A stretch of 64,000 nt of DNA. Origin: Candidatus Latescibacterota bacterium. Its GTDB lineage: Bacteria > Latescibacterota > UBA2968. The translations under genes were made by a program, and so were the position numbers. Of this stretch, positions 21,249 through 31,124 are shown piece by piece. The first letter of the stretch is position 1, and each line of letters begins with the position of its first letter. The DNA is taken from contig OZ220741.1 of the NCBI GenBank assembly GCA_965116885.1, positions 4,288,001 through 4,352,000 of the forward strand. The letters run 5' to 3'. Under the pieces are notes generated by a model that did no database searches, had not been told where the DNA came from, and was given only the letters and a program-made list of their open reading frames with translations.

Positions 21249-22589
21249 TCATTCGTCATTTTCAGATGTATTGTCAGTAGATTTTGTTTCCTCTGCTTCT
21301 GCTTGCAAACGCGCTTGTTCTTCGCGGTAAGCAGATACTTTGTCATTAACAATTCCCTGCGCGGTCTCTCGCAACTTCTCAGCCGTCGTTTCACCGATAC
21401 CAGGCACTTTGAGCAACGTATTTAAAGATACGCGGACGAGGTCGTTGGCAGACAATATACCCGCGGCCTCAAGGCGATTTCGCGTCACTTGACCAGTGCC
21501 GGGAACTTCGGCCAATGGCACTGTCGTGGCCTGGCGTTCGGTTAGTATTTCCTCATAACGTGTTTCCGTCATGATATCGACATGCCAGCCAGTTAACTGC
21601 GATGCCAAACGGGCGTTCTGCCCCTCTTTGCCAATAGCCAGTGAAAGCTGATCATCATCAACTATAGCCGACATGCGTTTTTCGCGTCGGTCAATCACCA
21701 CGCGACGGACTGTGGCAGGGTTCAAAGCACGCGACAAAAAGATCGCTTCGTCGTCACTCCAGGGGACAATATCTATGCGTTCACTACTCAACTCGCGCAC
21801 CACAGCCTGTACACGCGAGCCTTTCATACCCACGCAAGCACCTACGGGGTCTATGCGCGCATCATTGGAGTAAACAGCAATTTTGGCCCGCACACCTGGT
21901 TCGCGCGAAACGGCCTTAATTTCGATAACACCTTCATAAATTTCAGGAACTTCAAGCTGAAAGAGCCTTTCGAGAAATATCGGATGTGTGCGACTCAACA
22001 CCACCTGGGGGCCTTTGGCTGTACGCAAAACATCGAGCAAGTAGGCCCGAATGGGATCTCCCTGTCGATAGCGTTCCTTTCTGATTTGCTCCTTAAGCGG
22101 AATAATCGCTTCTGTTCGCCCCAGGTTGATCAGAATATCCCCCCGACTGATTTGCTGCACGGTTCCCGAAACAATCTCTCCGATGCGTCCCTGATAATCT
22201 TCGTAGATTTTCTCGCGCTCGGCTTCCCTGACCCGTTGGACGAGTACCTGCCTTGTCGTTTGAATCGCATTGCGCCCAAAATCGGCAAAATTGAGGCGGA
22301 ACCTCACTTCTCCGCCGACCTTCGCATCTGTGTCTGCTTTTCGCGCTTGTGTCACGCCAATTTGGATTCCCGGATCTTCAACCAAGTCGTCGGCAACAAT
22401 TTCTTTGACTGCTTCAACGACAATCTCTCCAGAGTTGTTGTCGAAGTTGACTTCCACATTGTCTCCGGTTCCAAACCGCTTTTTTGCCGCAGAGATTAAC
22501 CCCATTTCAAGGGTTTCGATAACCATATCTCGGTTGACATTTTTTTCCTGGGCAATTTGCCTTAACGCTTCGAGTACTTCGTAATTCAA
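21249..22589 (-). CDS. nusA: Transcription termination/antitermination factor NusA
   Basis: FGRNAIQT, LSRTHP, EVPEI, REPGVRAKIAV, DPVGACVG, SLAIGKEGQNARLA. Start is probably TTG 22589 (ORF track gives 22610). Confidence 0.96.
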   Translation of the reverse strand: MNYEVLEALRQIAQEKNVNRDMVIETLEMGLISAAKKRFGTGDNVEVNFDNNSGEIVVEAVKEIVADDLVEDPGIQIGVTQARKADTDAKVGGEVRFRLNFADFGRNAIQTTRQVLVQRVREAEREKIYEDYQGRIGEIVSGTVQQISRGDILINLGRTEAIIPLKEQIRKERYRQGDPIRAYLLDVLRTAKGPQVVLSRTHPIFLERLFQLEVPEIYEGVIEIKAVSREPGVRAKIAVYSNDARIDPVGACVGMKGSRVQAVVRELSSERIDIVPWSDDEAIFLSRALNPATVRRVVIDRREKRMSAIVDDDQLSLAIGKEGQNARLASQLTGWHVDIMTETRYEEILTERQATTVPLAEVPGTGQVTRNRLEAAGILSANDLVRVSLNTLLKVPGIGETTAEKLRETAQGIVNDKVSAYREEQARLQAEAEETKSTDNTSENDE

Positions 22590-22609
22590 GTGAGGATCCT
22601 CCTCAACCA

Positions 22610-23062
22610 TTACAACTTAAAATGCACAGTGGCTTTCTGAATTTTTTCGCGTTCAATAATGGTTCGTTCACCTTGTAACTCGACATCGAGATGATCGGCT
22701 TTGACCTGTAAGAGCGTTCCGACCACAACACCCAGGCCATCTACAACAAGGCGAAGTGCTTTACCAACTACCCGCTCAAAATCTCGGTCTGTCTTTAAGG
22801 GCCGCGTCAAACCAGGAGATGAAACTTCGAGCAGATATGTGCCATCAATAGGATCGCGCGTATCCAGCATATCTGCAATATCCCGACTGAGCACAGCACA
22901 TTCGTCAACTGTAATTCCATCGGGGCGATCGACAAAGATGCGTACGATTTGCCGTCTATGGTTGCCAGAAACCGCTAACTCAACCAACTCGACATCCCGA
23001 CGCTTGAGAAGCGGAAGAATCAGATGGGTCAGGGTGTCTTTGATAAGCATTGGATAACTCAA
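22610..23062 (-). CDS. rimP: Ribosome maturation factor RimP
   Basis: RIFVDRPDGITVDECA, YLLEVSSPGLTRPL; upstream of nusA. Confidence 0.95.
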   Translation of the reverse strand: MSYPMLIKDTLTHLILPLLKRRDVELVELAVSGNHRRQIVRIFVDRPDGITVDECAVLSRDIADMLDTRDPIDGTYLLEVSSPGLTRPLKTDRDFERVVGKALRLVVDGLGVVVGTLLQVKADHLDVELQGERTIIEREKIQKATVHFKL

Positions 23063-23135
23063 GACTGCCGCTTTATCACACGTTGGAGCTATGCCTTACA
23101 GTAGGCCTGGCGGTTCTAACTACCCCCATATACTC

Positions 23136-23160
23136 AAAAGAGTGGGCAGAAGCCCACTCT
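23136..23160 (-). promoter_or_regulatory. rimP-leader hairpin/attenuator
   Basis: Minus strand AGAGTGGGC-TTCT-GCCCACTCT-TTT, between the promoter and rimP. Confidence 0.7.
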
Positions 23161-23174
23161 ATAATCAGAAATTA

Positions 23175-23203
23175 AATATAGAAAATTATATAGTATAACG
23201 CAA
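23175..23203 (-). promoter_or_regulatory. Sigma70 promoter of the rimP-nusA-infB operon
   Basis: TTGCGT-N17-TATATT on the minus strand. Confidence 0.6.
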
Positions 23204-23206
23204 GTT

Positions 23207-23593
23207 TTATTTCCCCGCATTCGATGTCTTATCTCCTTCTATCAGTTGCTTGAGTTCGACTAACATTCGCTGTAATTCAACCAGTGGATTTTCAATATTA
23301 GACGTCGCGCCTTCAATACTCTGGTTTTCCCATAAACTGCGGTCTATTTTCAGCCTTTCAACCGCCCCCCGAATCGTGTATTTCTGGCCATAGAGCAAGT
23401 CCTTAATAGCCAAAATGACCTTGATGTTTCGCTCTGTGTACGTGCGATTTCCCGACCGACCACGTCTGGGGTTCAGTTGGGAAAACTCCTTCTCCCAAAA
23501 CCGCAAGACATGAGATTCTACGCCAGTGAGTTCCGATACCTCGCGGATCGAGTAATAGAGCTTTTTGATACCCGTTGAACGCATAAATATCAC
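23207..23593 (-). CDS. MerR-family DNA-binding protein (ZapT-like subfamily)
   Basis: KLYYSIREVSELTGVESHVLRFWEKEF..L.PRR...GNRTY...IKDLLY.QKYTIRGA. Confidence 0.88.
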   Translation of the reverse strand: MIFMRSTGIKKLYYSIREVSELTGVESHVLRFWEKEFSQLNPRRGRSGNRTYTERNIKVILAIKDLLYGQKYTIRGAVERLKIDRSLWENQSIEGATSNIENPLVELQRMLVELKQLIEGDKTSNAGK

Positions 23594-24894
23594 TTCTTTT
23601 TAAATAAGATGCGGATGGGTGTACCCCAAAAATCAAACGCCTGTCTGAGTCTGCGCTCTAAAAACCGGCGGTAGTGCAGGGGAACATCTTTGGGGCGCCC
23701 GGTAAAAAAGAGAATGGTTGGCGGTGCACTGCGCGGCATAACGCAGAAAGACATGCGAAAGACCCGTCCATTCTTGGTAGGCGGAGCCGTTGTTGAATTG
23801 AGATGCGTCAAAAAGTCGTTCAAATCACCCGTTGAAATGCGATGGCGACGTTTCAGTGCCACATCCAGAGCCAGATCAATAACGCGCCAGGCGCGTTGTC
23901 CTGTAAGCGCCGAGAGAAAAACAATGGGATAGTTTTCGAGATGTACAAAGCGCGAGCGGATTTGTTGCGCTATTTTATCGGCTGTGTGGCCGTCTTTTTC
24001 AATCAAGTCCCATTTGTTGATACCTACGATCAGCCCCTTGCCCAACGCAACAGCGCGTTCTGAAATTTTGACATCCTGTACTGTACATCCTTCCACTGCA
24101 TCAACCAACACAATCGCCACATCGGATCGCTCAAGGCTTTCCACAGTACGGAGCGAACTGTAAAAATCGACTTGCTCTTTGACACGCGTCCGCCGCCTCA
24201 AACCCGCTGTGTCAACGAGAACAAATGGCCGTCCATTGCGTTCCATCGAGAGGTCAATCGCATCGCGAGTCGTTCCCGGAATCTCGCTCACCACCACCCG
24301 ATCCCGCCCCAGCAGACGGTTCACAAAGGTAGATTTACCCATGTTCGGACGGCCCAATACCGCGATTCGAGGGGGCAATTCTTCTTGTGAGTCGCCTTCT
24401 TCTTCTGGCAAACAGGTGAGGATTTCATCCAGCAAGTCACCCGATTGCCGTCCATTGATAGCAGAAACGCACAGCGGATCGCCAAGTGCGAGACCGTAAA
24501 AGGCCGCGCCATCGGCTTCGTTCTCATCTTTATCGACTTTGTTGACAATCAGCCGATATGGCGCGCCGGAGTCTCGGATCTTGCGCGCCATAATTGCGTC
24601 GTAATCCGTAGGGCCGGTCACTGCATCTACCACAAAGAGCAACAGGTCTGCTTCCCCCCAAGCAAGCTCGACCTGCCGAGAAACCAGATCGGCCATTATT
24701 TCGTCTGAATTGGGCACATATCCACCCGTATCGACCAGCGTAAACGTTCTGCCATTCCAGGTACACTGGGCATAATTGCGATCGCGCGTAACACCGGGAA
24801 AGTCATCTACCACAGCTTTGCGCTCGCCAATTAGTCGATTAAAGAGTGTTGACTTGCCGACATTTGGCCGTCCTACAATCGCCACGACGCCCAT
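23590..24894 (-). CDS. der: Ribosome biogenesis GTPase Der
   Basis: Two G domains (GRPNVGKST, GRPNMGKST, DTAG) and C-terminal GTPIRI. Confidence 0.96.
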   Translation of the reverse strand: MGVVAIVGRPNVGKSTLFNRLIGERKAVVDDFPGVTRDRNYAQCTWNGRTFTLVDTGGYVPNSDEIMADLVSRQVELAWGEADLLLFVVDAVTGPTDYDAIMARKIRDSGAPYRLIVNKVDKDENEADGAAFYGLALGDPLCVSAINGRQSGDLLDEILTCLPEEEGDSQEELPPRIAVLGRPNMGKSTFVNRLLGRDRVVVSEIPGTTRDAIDLSMERNGRPFVLVDTAGLRRRTRVKEQVDFYSSLRTVESLERSDVAIVLVDAVEGCTVQDVKISERAVALGKGLIVGINKWDLIEKDGHTADKIAQQIRSRFVHLENYPIVFLSALTGQRAWRVIDLALDVALKRRHRISTGDLNDFLTHLNSTTAPPTKNGRVFRMSFCVMPRSAPPTILFFTGRPKDVPLHYRRFLERRLRQAFDFWGTPIRILFKKK

Positions 24895-24897
24895 TGC

Positions 24898-26322
24898 CTA
24901 ATTCTCCATCTGATGTGATGCAATATACGGGTGCGCCACAATCTCACTGCCTGCACCTACAACAGCAGACACACCCTCGACGGCATTTTGAATGGTCTCC
25001 ACCAGATCGTAAGTACCCACAATGATCCGACAGCCCACCTCTTGCACCAGGTCTTCAAGCAAAAGGTCATCTAAAAATAAACCATTATGATTTAAGCAGT
25101 TGGGAGGTAAAAGGACGGTCTCATCGCTTCTGATAGAGGCATCTGTCAGGGTGCGACCAATATCATAGCCCGATAGCAACCCAGAAACCGTTATACCTTC
25201 GCCAAGAAAGCGGTTGACCACAGGGACAACGCGGGCATTAATCCAGGAAATACGGTTCAAACGTTTGACCATTGCATCTAAAAAATGCGTACCCAACATA
25301 CCCGTTACAAGAACAAAACGCTGCGGTGGTAATGCTAAATTCTCGAGATCCTCAATCCGATCTTCAAATCCATCGACAAAGCGGCGAACCATGCCAATTC
25401 CATTTTCGACGAGTGGAAACCCATCGTATTCAGATTGGGGAGGCACAGATTGGCCCGTCAGTAAATACATTTCATCGCCCAAATACACAAAGCGCGTACC
25501 CAGGCGTTTTTTAAGCATACTCTGCCACGCTGTTACCTGGCGAATTGCCAGGGCTGCATCGGCTTGTGTCACGCGGTTCAAGCTGGGGAGGTTTTTGCGA
25601 AATTTCGTCAAGCCCAGTGGCACAACCCCCACGGATTCAACGTGCGGATGACGCGCAGCGAGATCAAAAACCGTCTGTTTAAGTGCCTGATCATCGTTGA
25701 TACCCGGGCACAAGACTACTTGCGCGTGCATCTGAATCCCATGCAGGGCTAAGATATCAATCCTATCCAAAACAGGTGTTGCCCGTCTGCGACCGAGCAA
25801 CTCGGCTCGCAATTCGGGATCTGTTGCGTGAACCGAGATATACATTGGACTCAATTTTTGGTCAATAATGCGCTGAAATTCATCCTCAGATAGGTTAGTC
25901 AGCGTGACATAAGCCCCGTGTAGAAAAGACAATCGATAGTCGTCATCCTGGTAATACAGGGTCTTGCGCAGACCTTTGGGCATCTGATGCAAAAAGCAAA
26001 AAACGCACTTATTATCGCATTTGAGAATGGGCATGTCTTCAAAATCCACGCCCAGATCGTCTTCAATATCTTTTTCAATCTCAAATAAAAATCGCTCCTC
26101 GCCTCGCCGCACTGTGGCCGACACGTCTTCTTCACCCATGTAAAAACGATAATCAATGGGATCGCGCACCGGGTGTCCATTGATCGTTTCTACGACATCG
26201 CCGCGCTGCAACCCAATTGCTTCCCCAATGCCATCGGGATGTACCAGACGAATTTGCAAACCGGACTCAACGCGTTCAACACTGCGCCGTCCCTCGACCT
26301 GCGCTCCTTTTATAACATCCAT
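24898..26322 (-). CDS. PDZ + DUF512 radical-SAM-like protein
   Basis: CDNKCVFCF, DDDYRLSFLHG, QVVLCPGIND, VENGIGM, ITVSGLL; next to der. Confidence 0.9.
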   Translation of the reverse strand: MDVIKGAQVEGRRSVERVESGLQIRLVHPDGIGEAIGLQRGDVVETINGHPVRDPIDYRFYMGEEDVSATVRRGEERFLFEIEKDIEDDLGVDFEDMPILKCDNKCVFCFLHQMPKGLRKTLYYQDDDYRLSFLHGAYVTLTNLSEDEFQRIIDQKLSPMYISVHATDPELRAELLGRRRATPVLDRIDILALHGIQMHAQVVLCPGINDDQALKQTVFDLAARHPHVESVGVVPLGLTKFRKNLPSLNRVTQADAALAIRQVTAWQSMLKKRLGTRFVYLGDEMYLLTGQSVPPQSEYDGFPLVENGIGMVRRFVDGFEDRIEDLENLALPPQRFVLVTGMLGTHFLDAMVKRLNRISWINARVVPVVNRFLGEGITVSGLLSGYDIGRTLTDASIRSDETVLLPPNCLNHNGLFLDDLLLEDLVQEVGCRIIVGTYDLVETIQNAVEGVSAVVGAGSEIVAHPYIASHQMEN

Positions 26323-26584
26323 TTCAATTCCAGTAATTGATTGTTAGACAATACAATATTTCAATAACTTATAAGTATTCCTAAACCGCAAAAACTTACG
26401 ATAAAGCCAAAATAAGGTCAAGGGAAAAGCCGACTTCCCGCGATATTAATATCTGACAAGTTCAGAATATCTCTTTATCTTGGATACTGTCAAAATACGA
26501 AAAAATATTCTCCAGTCAACATGGGCAGTTATCCCTTTCATAAAGACATGAATGGATAAATCACTTTTGAGGAGAACATAGCCT

Positions 26585-27277
26585 ATGCCGGCTCCCCCAC
26601 GCATCTCGGTTATTATTCCGGTTTTTAACGAGCAGGATGCCATAGAAAAAGTAATTGGCGATATTCCCAGTCATTTACCCACCGAAATCATCGTAGTCGA
26701 TAATGGATCAACTGATCAAACTGCAAAATTAGCCGCTGCAATGGGCGCGCGCATTATTCGAGAAAATCGCCGCGGGTACGGTTCTGCCTGTCTCGCGGGT
26801 ATAGCAGCAACCAACGAGCCTGATATCGTGGTCTTTCTCGATGGCGACTACAGCGATCACCCCAACGAAATGCCGGATCTGATTGCACCCATCCTGGAAA
26901 ATCGCGCCGACCTCGTGATAGGCTCGCGCGTTCTGGGCAATAGCGAACCCGGTGCGCTGATGATTCAGGCGCGCTTTGGCAACCGTCTGGCCACCAGCCT
27001 TATCAAAATCCTCTTTGGCGTATCCTATACAGACCTGGGACCTTTTCGAGCGATTCGCTATCTGGCACTTCTGGACTTAAATATGCGGGATAAGACTTTT
27101 GGATGGACAGTAGAAATGCAGGTCAAAGCAGCAAAACAGGCGTTAAAAATACAAGAAGTGCCGGTAAGTTATAGAAAACGCATCGGCGTTTCCAAAATTA
27201 CCGGCACTCTAAAAGGCACCCTCAAGGCAGGGTGGAAAATTTTATTTACAATTTTTAAGTACTGGTTGACAAAGTGA
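26585..27277 (+). CDS. Family 2 glycosyltransferase
   Basis: SVIIPVFNE, VVDNGSTD, GYGSAC, FLDGD, TDLGPFRA, GWTVEMQ. Confidence 0.93.
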   Translation: MPAPPRISVIIPVFNEQDAIEKVIGDIPSHLPTEIIVVDNGSTDQTAKLAAAMGARIIRENRRGYGSACLAGIAATNEPDIVVFLDGDYSDHPNEMPDLIAPILENRADLVIGSRVLGNSEPGALMIQARFGNRLATSLIKILFGVSYTDLGPFRAIRYLALLDLNMRDKTFGWTVEMQVKAAKQALKIQEVPVSYRKRIGVSKITGTLKGTLKAGWKILFTIFKYWLTK

Positions 27278-27306
27278 GACGTAAGAGCATCCTCATCCCC
27301 CACTTC

Positions 27307-27603
27307 TCACTTTTTCGCGTCATCTATATGCTGCTCCAAACGCCTGAGTGCTTCATCTACGCGAATGTGGTCCTCTCTACGCCGAGTGCGTTGGCGCACA
27401 ATTTGATTGGCAATATCAAATGCGGCCATCAGTGCAATACGGGTGGTATCACCCGTATTTTCGGTTTCGGCAATCTGGTGCATCTTTTGATTGATAAAAT
27501 GTGAAATTTTAGAGGTATATTCCTCCGACTCCTCACTGCTGAGTACATACTCAGAGCCAAAGATCGTCACCTTCGTCTTATGTAAATCATTAGAATGGGA
27601 CAT
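27307..27603 (-). CDS. zapA: Cell division protein ZapA
   Basis: KVTIFGSEYVL...INQKMHQI...RIALMAAFDIA followed by a coiled coil. Confidence 0.85.
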   Translation of the reverse strand: MSHSNDLHKTKVTIFGSEYVLSSEESEEYTSKISHFINQKMHQIAETENTGDTTRIALMAAFDIANQIVRQRTRRREDHIRVDEALRRLEQHIDDAKK

Positions 27604-27657
27604 ATAAATTGTCAGTCGTCGGTTGTCAGCCCCCAACCCCTTGGGATGGGTGCTATA

Positions 27658-27909
27658 TCACGGCTTTGCCACAAGGTCCATGCGAACTACGCCATCAGTA
27701 GCGGGCACTTCCAATTCCACAATCCATCCTTTGACGCCCTCACCTTTCACAACAATTTCTTTGGCCTCTTTGGAAAGGATTTTGGCACCTTCTGATACAC
27801 GCGCCAGCGCGTGACACTTGTCATCATCCACACAGAAATAACGCTGAATCCGCGCTTCGGGCATTCCCCCAAGTCTGGGACATTCGGCTTCGAGTTTTTC
27901 TTCGTTCAT
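27658..27909 (-). CDS. Small hypothetical protein
   Basis: 83-aa ORF (MNEEKLEAEC...) filling the gap between nadD and zapA in the same orientation. Confidence 0.5.
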   Translation of the reverse strand: MNEEKLEAECPRLGGMPEARIQRYFCVDDDKCHALARVSEGAKILSKEAKEIVVKGEGVKGWIVELEVPATDGVVRMDLVAKP

Positions 27910-27943
27910 AACAAAACCCGTCGAAAGTTGTGGGTCTCTACCC

Positions 27944-28525
27944 CTAAAGATATAACCCATGGGTTCGAATATAATCTGCGACAGCGTCGGGTACCAAAAA
28001 AGAAATCGGTCTTCTGGTGCGTACGCGTTCTCTAATCGCCGTTGACGAAATATCCAGCAGAGGTGTTTCAACAAACTGCATCCTGGATTTGAAAGCGGGA
28101 TCAACGCGCTCTCGCTCAAAACCCGGGCGTTCAGCCACGAGCACATGGGCTAAATTCAACACGCCTGTGGGGTCAAACCAGTCGCCCATTTCAACGGCAT
28201 TATCGGCACCAATGATCAAAAATATCTTTGTGTCCCCACCCATATTCCTGCGCAAATGACGCAAGGTATCAATCGTATAAGATTTCCCTGAGCGCGACAA
28301 CTCGAATCGACTCAGTTCAAACCCCGGATAATCGCGCACGGCCAAACTGACCATCATCGCGCGATCTTCGGCCGAAGTCATCGTGTGTTTGAGCGGAGGA
28401 TCGCCCGACGGCATAAACACAACCCGATCGAGCGCGCATTGGAGCATAATTTCCTGCCCGATAATTAAATGCCCGATGTGAATGGGGTCAAATGTCCCGC
28501 CGAAAATTCCAACGCGCTCTGTCAT
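27944..28525 (-). CDS. nadD: Nicotinate-nucleotide adenylyltransferase
   Basis: GIFGGTFDPIHIGH, SYTIDTL, IIGAD, ISSTAIRER. Confidence 0.96.
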   Translation of the reverse strand: MTERVGIFGGTFDPIHIGHLIIGQEIMLQCALDRVVFMPSGDPPLKHTMTSAEDRAMMVSLAVRDYPGFELSRFELSRSGKSYTIDTLRHLRRNMGGDTKIFLIIGADNAVEMGDWFDPTGVLNLAHVLVAERPGFERERVDPAFKSRMQFVETPLLDISSTAIRERVRTRRPISFLVPDAVADYIRTHGLYL

Positions 28526-28536
28526 CCTAAGGTTTT

Positions 28537-29292
28537 TCAGTTGGACTGCTCTTTTTTTATTTTTTCCATCTCTTCAATGACTTTTTCCTTCAACTTCTCC
28601 GGTAAGTCCTGCCCTATCAACAACGTAAGCTCATTGAGCGCCTCGTCGAGTGCCCCGGTCTTCAAATTGACCTGTGCAATGATAAAGCGCGCCTCCAAAG
28701 CAGACTCTGTGTCGGGATATTCCTTCAATACGCCTTCTGCATAGACTTTGGCTGAGGTATAATATTTCCACAGGATATAATCGTATGCAATCATGACTTC
28801 CTTCCGGGCCAGTTGATTGCGCAACGATTTAATTTTTTCCTCTGCTTGAGAGACGAAGTCGCTTTGTGGATAGTCTTCGATAAACCGCGCAAATTCTCGA
28901 ATTGCCTTGTGCGTTTCATCCTGATCGTGGTGAATATCGCGCGCATCCTGATAATAACACTCGCCAATCTGGAATCGCGCTTCGGCGGCATAAGGACTCA
29001 CGGGATATTCGTTGAGCAGGCGTTCGTATTCAAAAATAGCAGTCACATAATCTTTTTGACACTGAAAAGCTTTGCCCAACCCAAATTGCGCCTCATCTGA
29101 TAAATGAGACCCTGGAAAATCCGATAGCATATTTCTAAACAATAGTTCGGCGTCGTAGCACTTCTTATTATCGAGTGCTTCTTGCGCGTCTTTGTAATAA
29201 ACCTCTGGACTCAATCGCCTGTATTTTTTTTGAGCACACCCCACACTCAACGCGATCAAACACGCACAACAGATATGTAAAAATTGTCTCAT
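28537..29292 (-). CDS. bamD: Outer membrane assembly lipoprotein BamD
   Basis: Lipobox LSVGC, TPRs with YPVSPY, HDQDET.KAI.EF..F...YP.S. Confidence 0.88.
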   Translation of the reverse strand: MRQFLHICCACLIALSVGCAQKKYRRLSPEVYYKDAQEALDNKKCYDAELLFRNMLSDFPGSHLSDEAQFGLGKAFQCQKDYVTAIFEYERLLNEYPVSPYAAEARFQIGECYYQDARDIHHDQDETHKAIREFARFIEDYPQSDFVSQAEEKIKSLRNQLARKEVMIAYDYILWKYYTSAKVYAEGVLKEYPDTESALEARFIIAQVNLKTGALDEALNELTLLIGQDLPEKLKEKVIEEMEKIKKEQSN

Positions 29293-29677
29293 AATTTGCC
29301 AATCTGCATGCCCCTAAAGAATTATTAACATACCATCCTGTCTGATAAACGATGCAGATTCTGTAATGTTCCCCAATTTCAAAAATAAAAAGGGCGCGTT
29401 TTTCTCGCGCTTCGTTCCAAAATTTTCAAACGTATAAGACTGTCACAACATAAGCAAACCCACCTATCAAGTCAAGAATGACGCACGCACAAATAGTATA
29501 AAAAAATACAAAAGACAGCTACAAATACAATGCCCCTTTTTGCTCAACCGGGGCTTTCGATCAAAAACAACAAAGTCCCTGAAAAATCCAGGGGATTTTC
29601 CGGTAGATTTTCAGGGCATATTGGTATTATATTGAGCGATATATGTGTTATTTGTGTAATATGTTTGAGAGGTTCTC

Positions 29678-30592
29678 ATGGCCCCTGTCCTTGTCATCGG
29701 GAGTTCCAACACCGATCTGGTTATTCGCACCAACAAATTGCCAACCCCCGGTGAAACAGTGCTCGGCGGCGCGTTTTTCACTGCTGCGGGTGGCAAAGGC
29801 GCCAACCAGGCCGTTGCCGCAGCCCGCGCAGGGGCACAGGTCACATTTATAGCGCGCATGGGTTGTGACGATTTTGGGAAGCGTGCTCTATCGGCCTTTC
29901 AACGCGAAGGGATCGACACAAGATGGGTTGTATCCGATCCCCATTTACCGTCAGGCGTTGCATTTATCCTCGTGGATGATCGTGGTGAAAACAGCATTGT
30001 AGTCGCTTCAGGCGCGAATGCAGCCCTATCCCCCGATCAAATCCATGATCAGGTCTATGAAGACGCAGAAATATGCTTGCTTCAACTCGAAATCCCGATT
30101 GAAACCGTCGTCCATGCCGCAGATCTATCGACAAAAAACGAGACCCGTGTCATACTCAATCCAGCGCCAGCAACAAATCTGCCAGAAGAAATCTGGCCTC
30201 ACCTTTTTCTCATTACCCCCAATCAAACTGAGACTGAATATCTCACGGGTATCTCTCCCAACAGCCCTCAAAATATCGCAAAAGCAGCCGACAAACTCCT
30301 CCAAAAAGGCGCTCAAAACGCCATCATCACCCTGGGAGCACAGGGCGCGTTTTTGGCGACACCAGATCAAACTTTACACATACCGGCTTTTAAAGCTACT
30401 TCAATAGATACCACTGGCGCCGGCGATGCCTTCAATGGCGCGCTATCCTGCGCTTTAAGCGAAAACCAATCCCTTGAAACCGCCATTCGCTTTGCATGCG
30501 CCGCAGGCGCTCTAACCGTTGGCAAAGCAGGTGCCCAACCCGCGATCCCCACCCGAGATCAAATCGACGCGCTGTTGGTGAATCTTCCTTGA
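29678..30592 (+). CDS. rbsK: Ribokinase
   Basis: GSSNTD, PGETVLG, GGKGANQAVAAAR, LQLEIP, NPAPA, DTTGAGDAF. Confidence 0.95.
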   Translation: MAPVLVIGSSNTDLVIRTNKLPTPGETVLGGAFFTAAGGKGANQAVAAARAGAQVTFIARMGCDDFGKRALSAFQREGIDTRWVVSDPHLPSGVAFILVDDRGENSIVVASGANAALSPDQIHDQVYEDAEICLLQLEIPIETVVHAADLSTKNETRVILNPAPATNLPEEIWPHLFLITPNQTETEYLTGISPNSPQNIAKAADKLLQKGAQNAIITLGAQGAFLATPDQTLHIPAFKATSIDTTGAGDAFNGALSCALSENQSLETAIRFACAAGALTVGKAGAQPAIPTRDQIDALLVNLP

Positions 30593-30684
30593 CGACAACC
30601 CTACCTTGTCCTATATTCCTATTCCCTTTCCCAGACTCCCCTCCCCCTCTCCCTGATGCCATCCCGTATCAGAAAGGAAATCTA

Positions 30685-30861
30685 ATGGGTTTGAGGAAGG
30701 CGAACGCGATCAAGCTCGATTTCGATGACCTCGTCAAAGAACTCGACGATTTCGAGCAAGACATTAGAACCCTTCAGGACCGTATAGACCAACTCATCAC
30801 CAACGCGCGACAAAAACCAATCAAAGCCGTTACGAGCGAAGGCGATATGGGCACGACCTGA
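30685..30861 (+). CDS. Small coiled-coil hypothetical protein
   Basis: 58 aa (MGLRKANA...), AAAGGA RBS, followed by a terminator. Confidence 0.6.
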   Translation: MGLRKANAIKLDFDDLVKELDDFEQDIRTLQDRIDQLITNARQKPIKAVTSEGDMGTT

Positions 30862-30867
30862 ACACAC

Positions 30868-30909
30868 AAATAAACAGGCGGGTATTCTTCCCGCCTGTTT
30901 ATTTTTTTT
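30868..30909 (+). terminator. Intrinsic terminator
   Basis: AAATAAACAGGCGGG-TATTCTT-CCCGCCTGTTTATTTTTTTT. Confidence 0.8.
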
Positions 30910-30914
30910 CTACA

Positions 30915-31124
30915 ATGTTCTACACCACTATATTTGCCATCGTCCTCATTATTGTCATACTGGCCAAATATCTCTACAAACCCGTTGAACGCTGTCCCGA
31001 ATGCAACGCTCCACGCGAGTCCGATCATCCGATATGCCCGTGCGGCTATGTTTTTGAATTTCCCGACGATGACGATCCCCTCGAATACGGTGCCCCCGAA
31101 GATTCTGCAAAGGATTCCCCATGA
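30915..31124 (+). CDS. Small membrane-anchored zinc-ribbon protein
   Basis: N-terminal TM, CPEC...CPCGY, acidic tail; ATGA overlap with purB. Confidence 0.65.
   Translation: MFYTTIFAIVLIIVILAKYLYKPVERCPECNAPRESDHPICPCGYVFEFPDDDDPLEYGAPEDSAKDSP

Noticed and set aside
27270..27310. 6S RNA downstream of zapA
   Set aside because: Only about 30 nt separate zapA from the convergent glycosyltransferase
27578..27588. Second dif-like arm TTATGTAAATC
   Set aside because: Lies inside zapA and has no ATAA-ending left arm at 6-bp spacing
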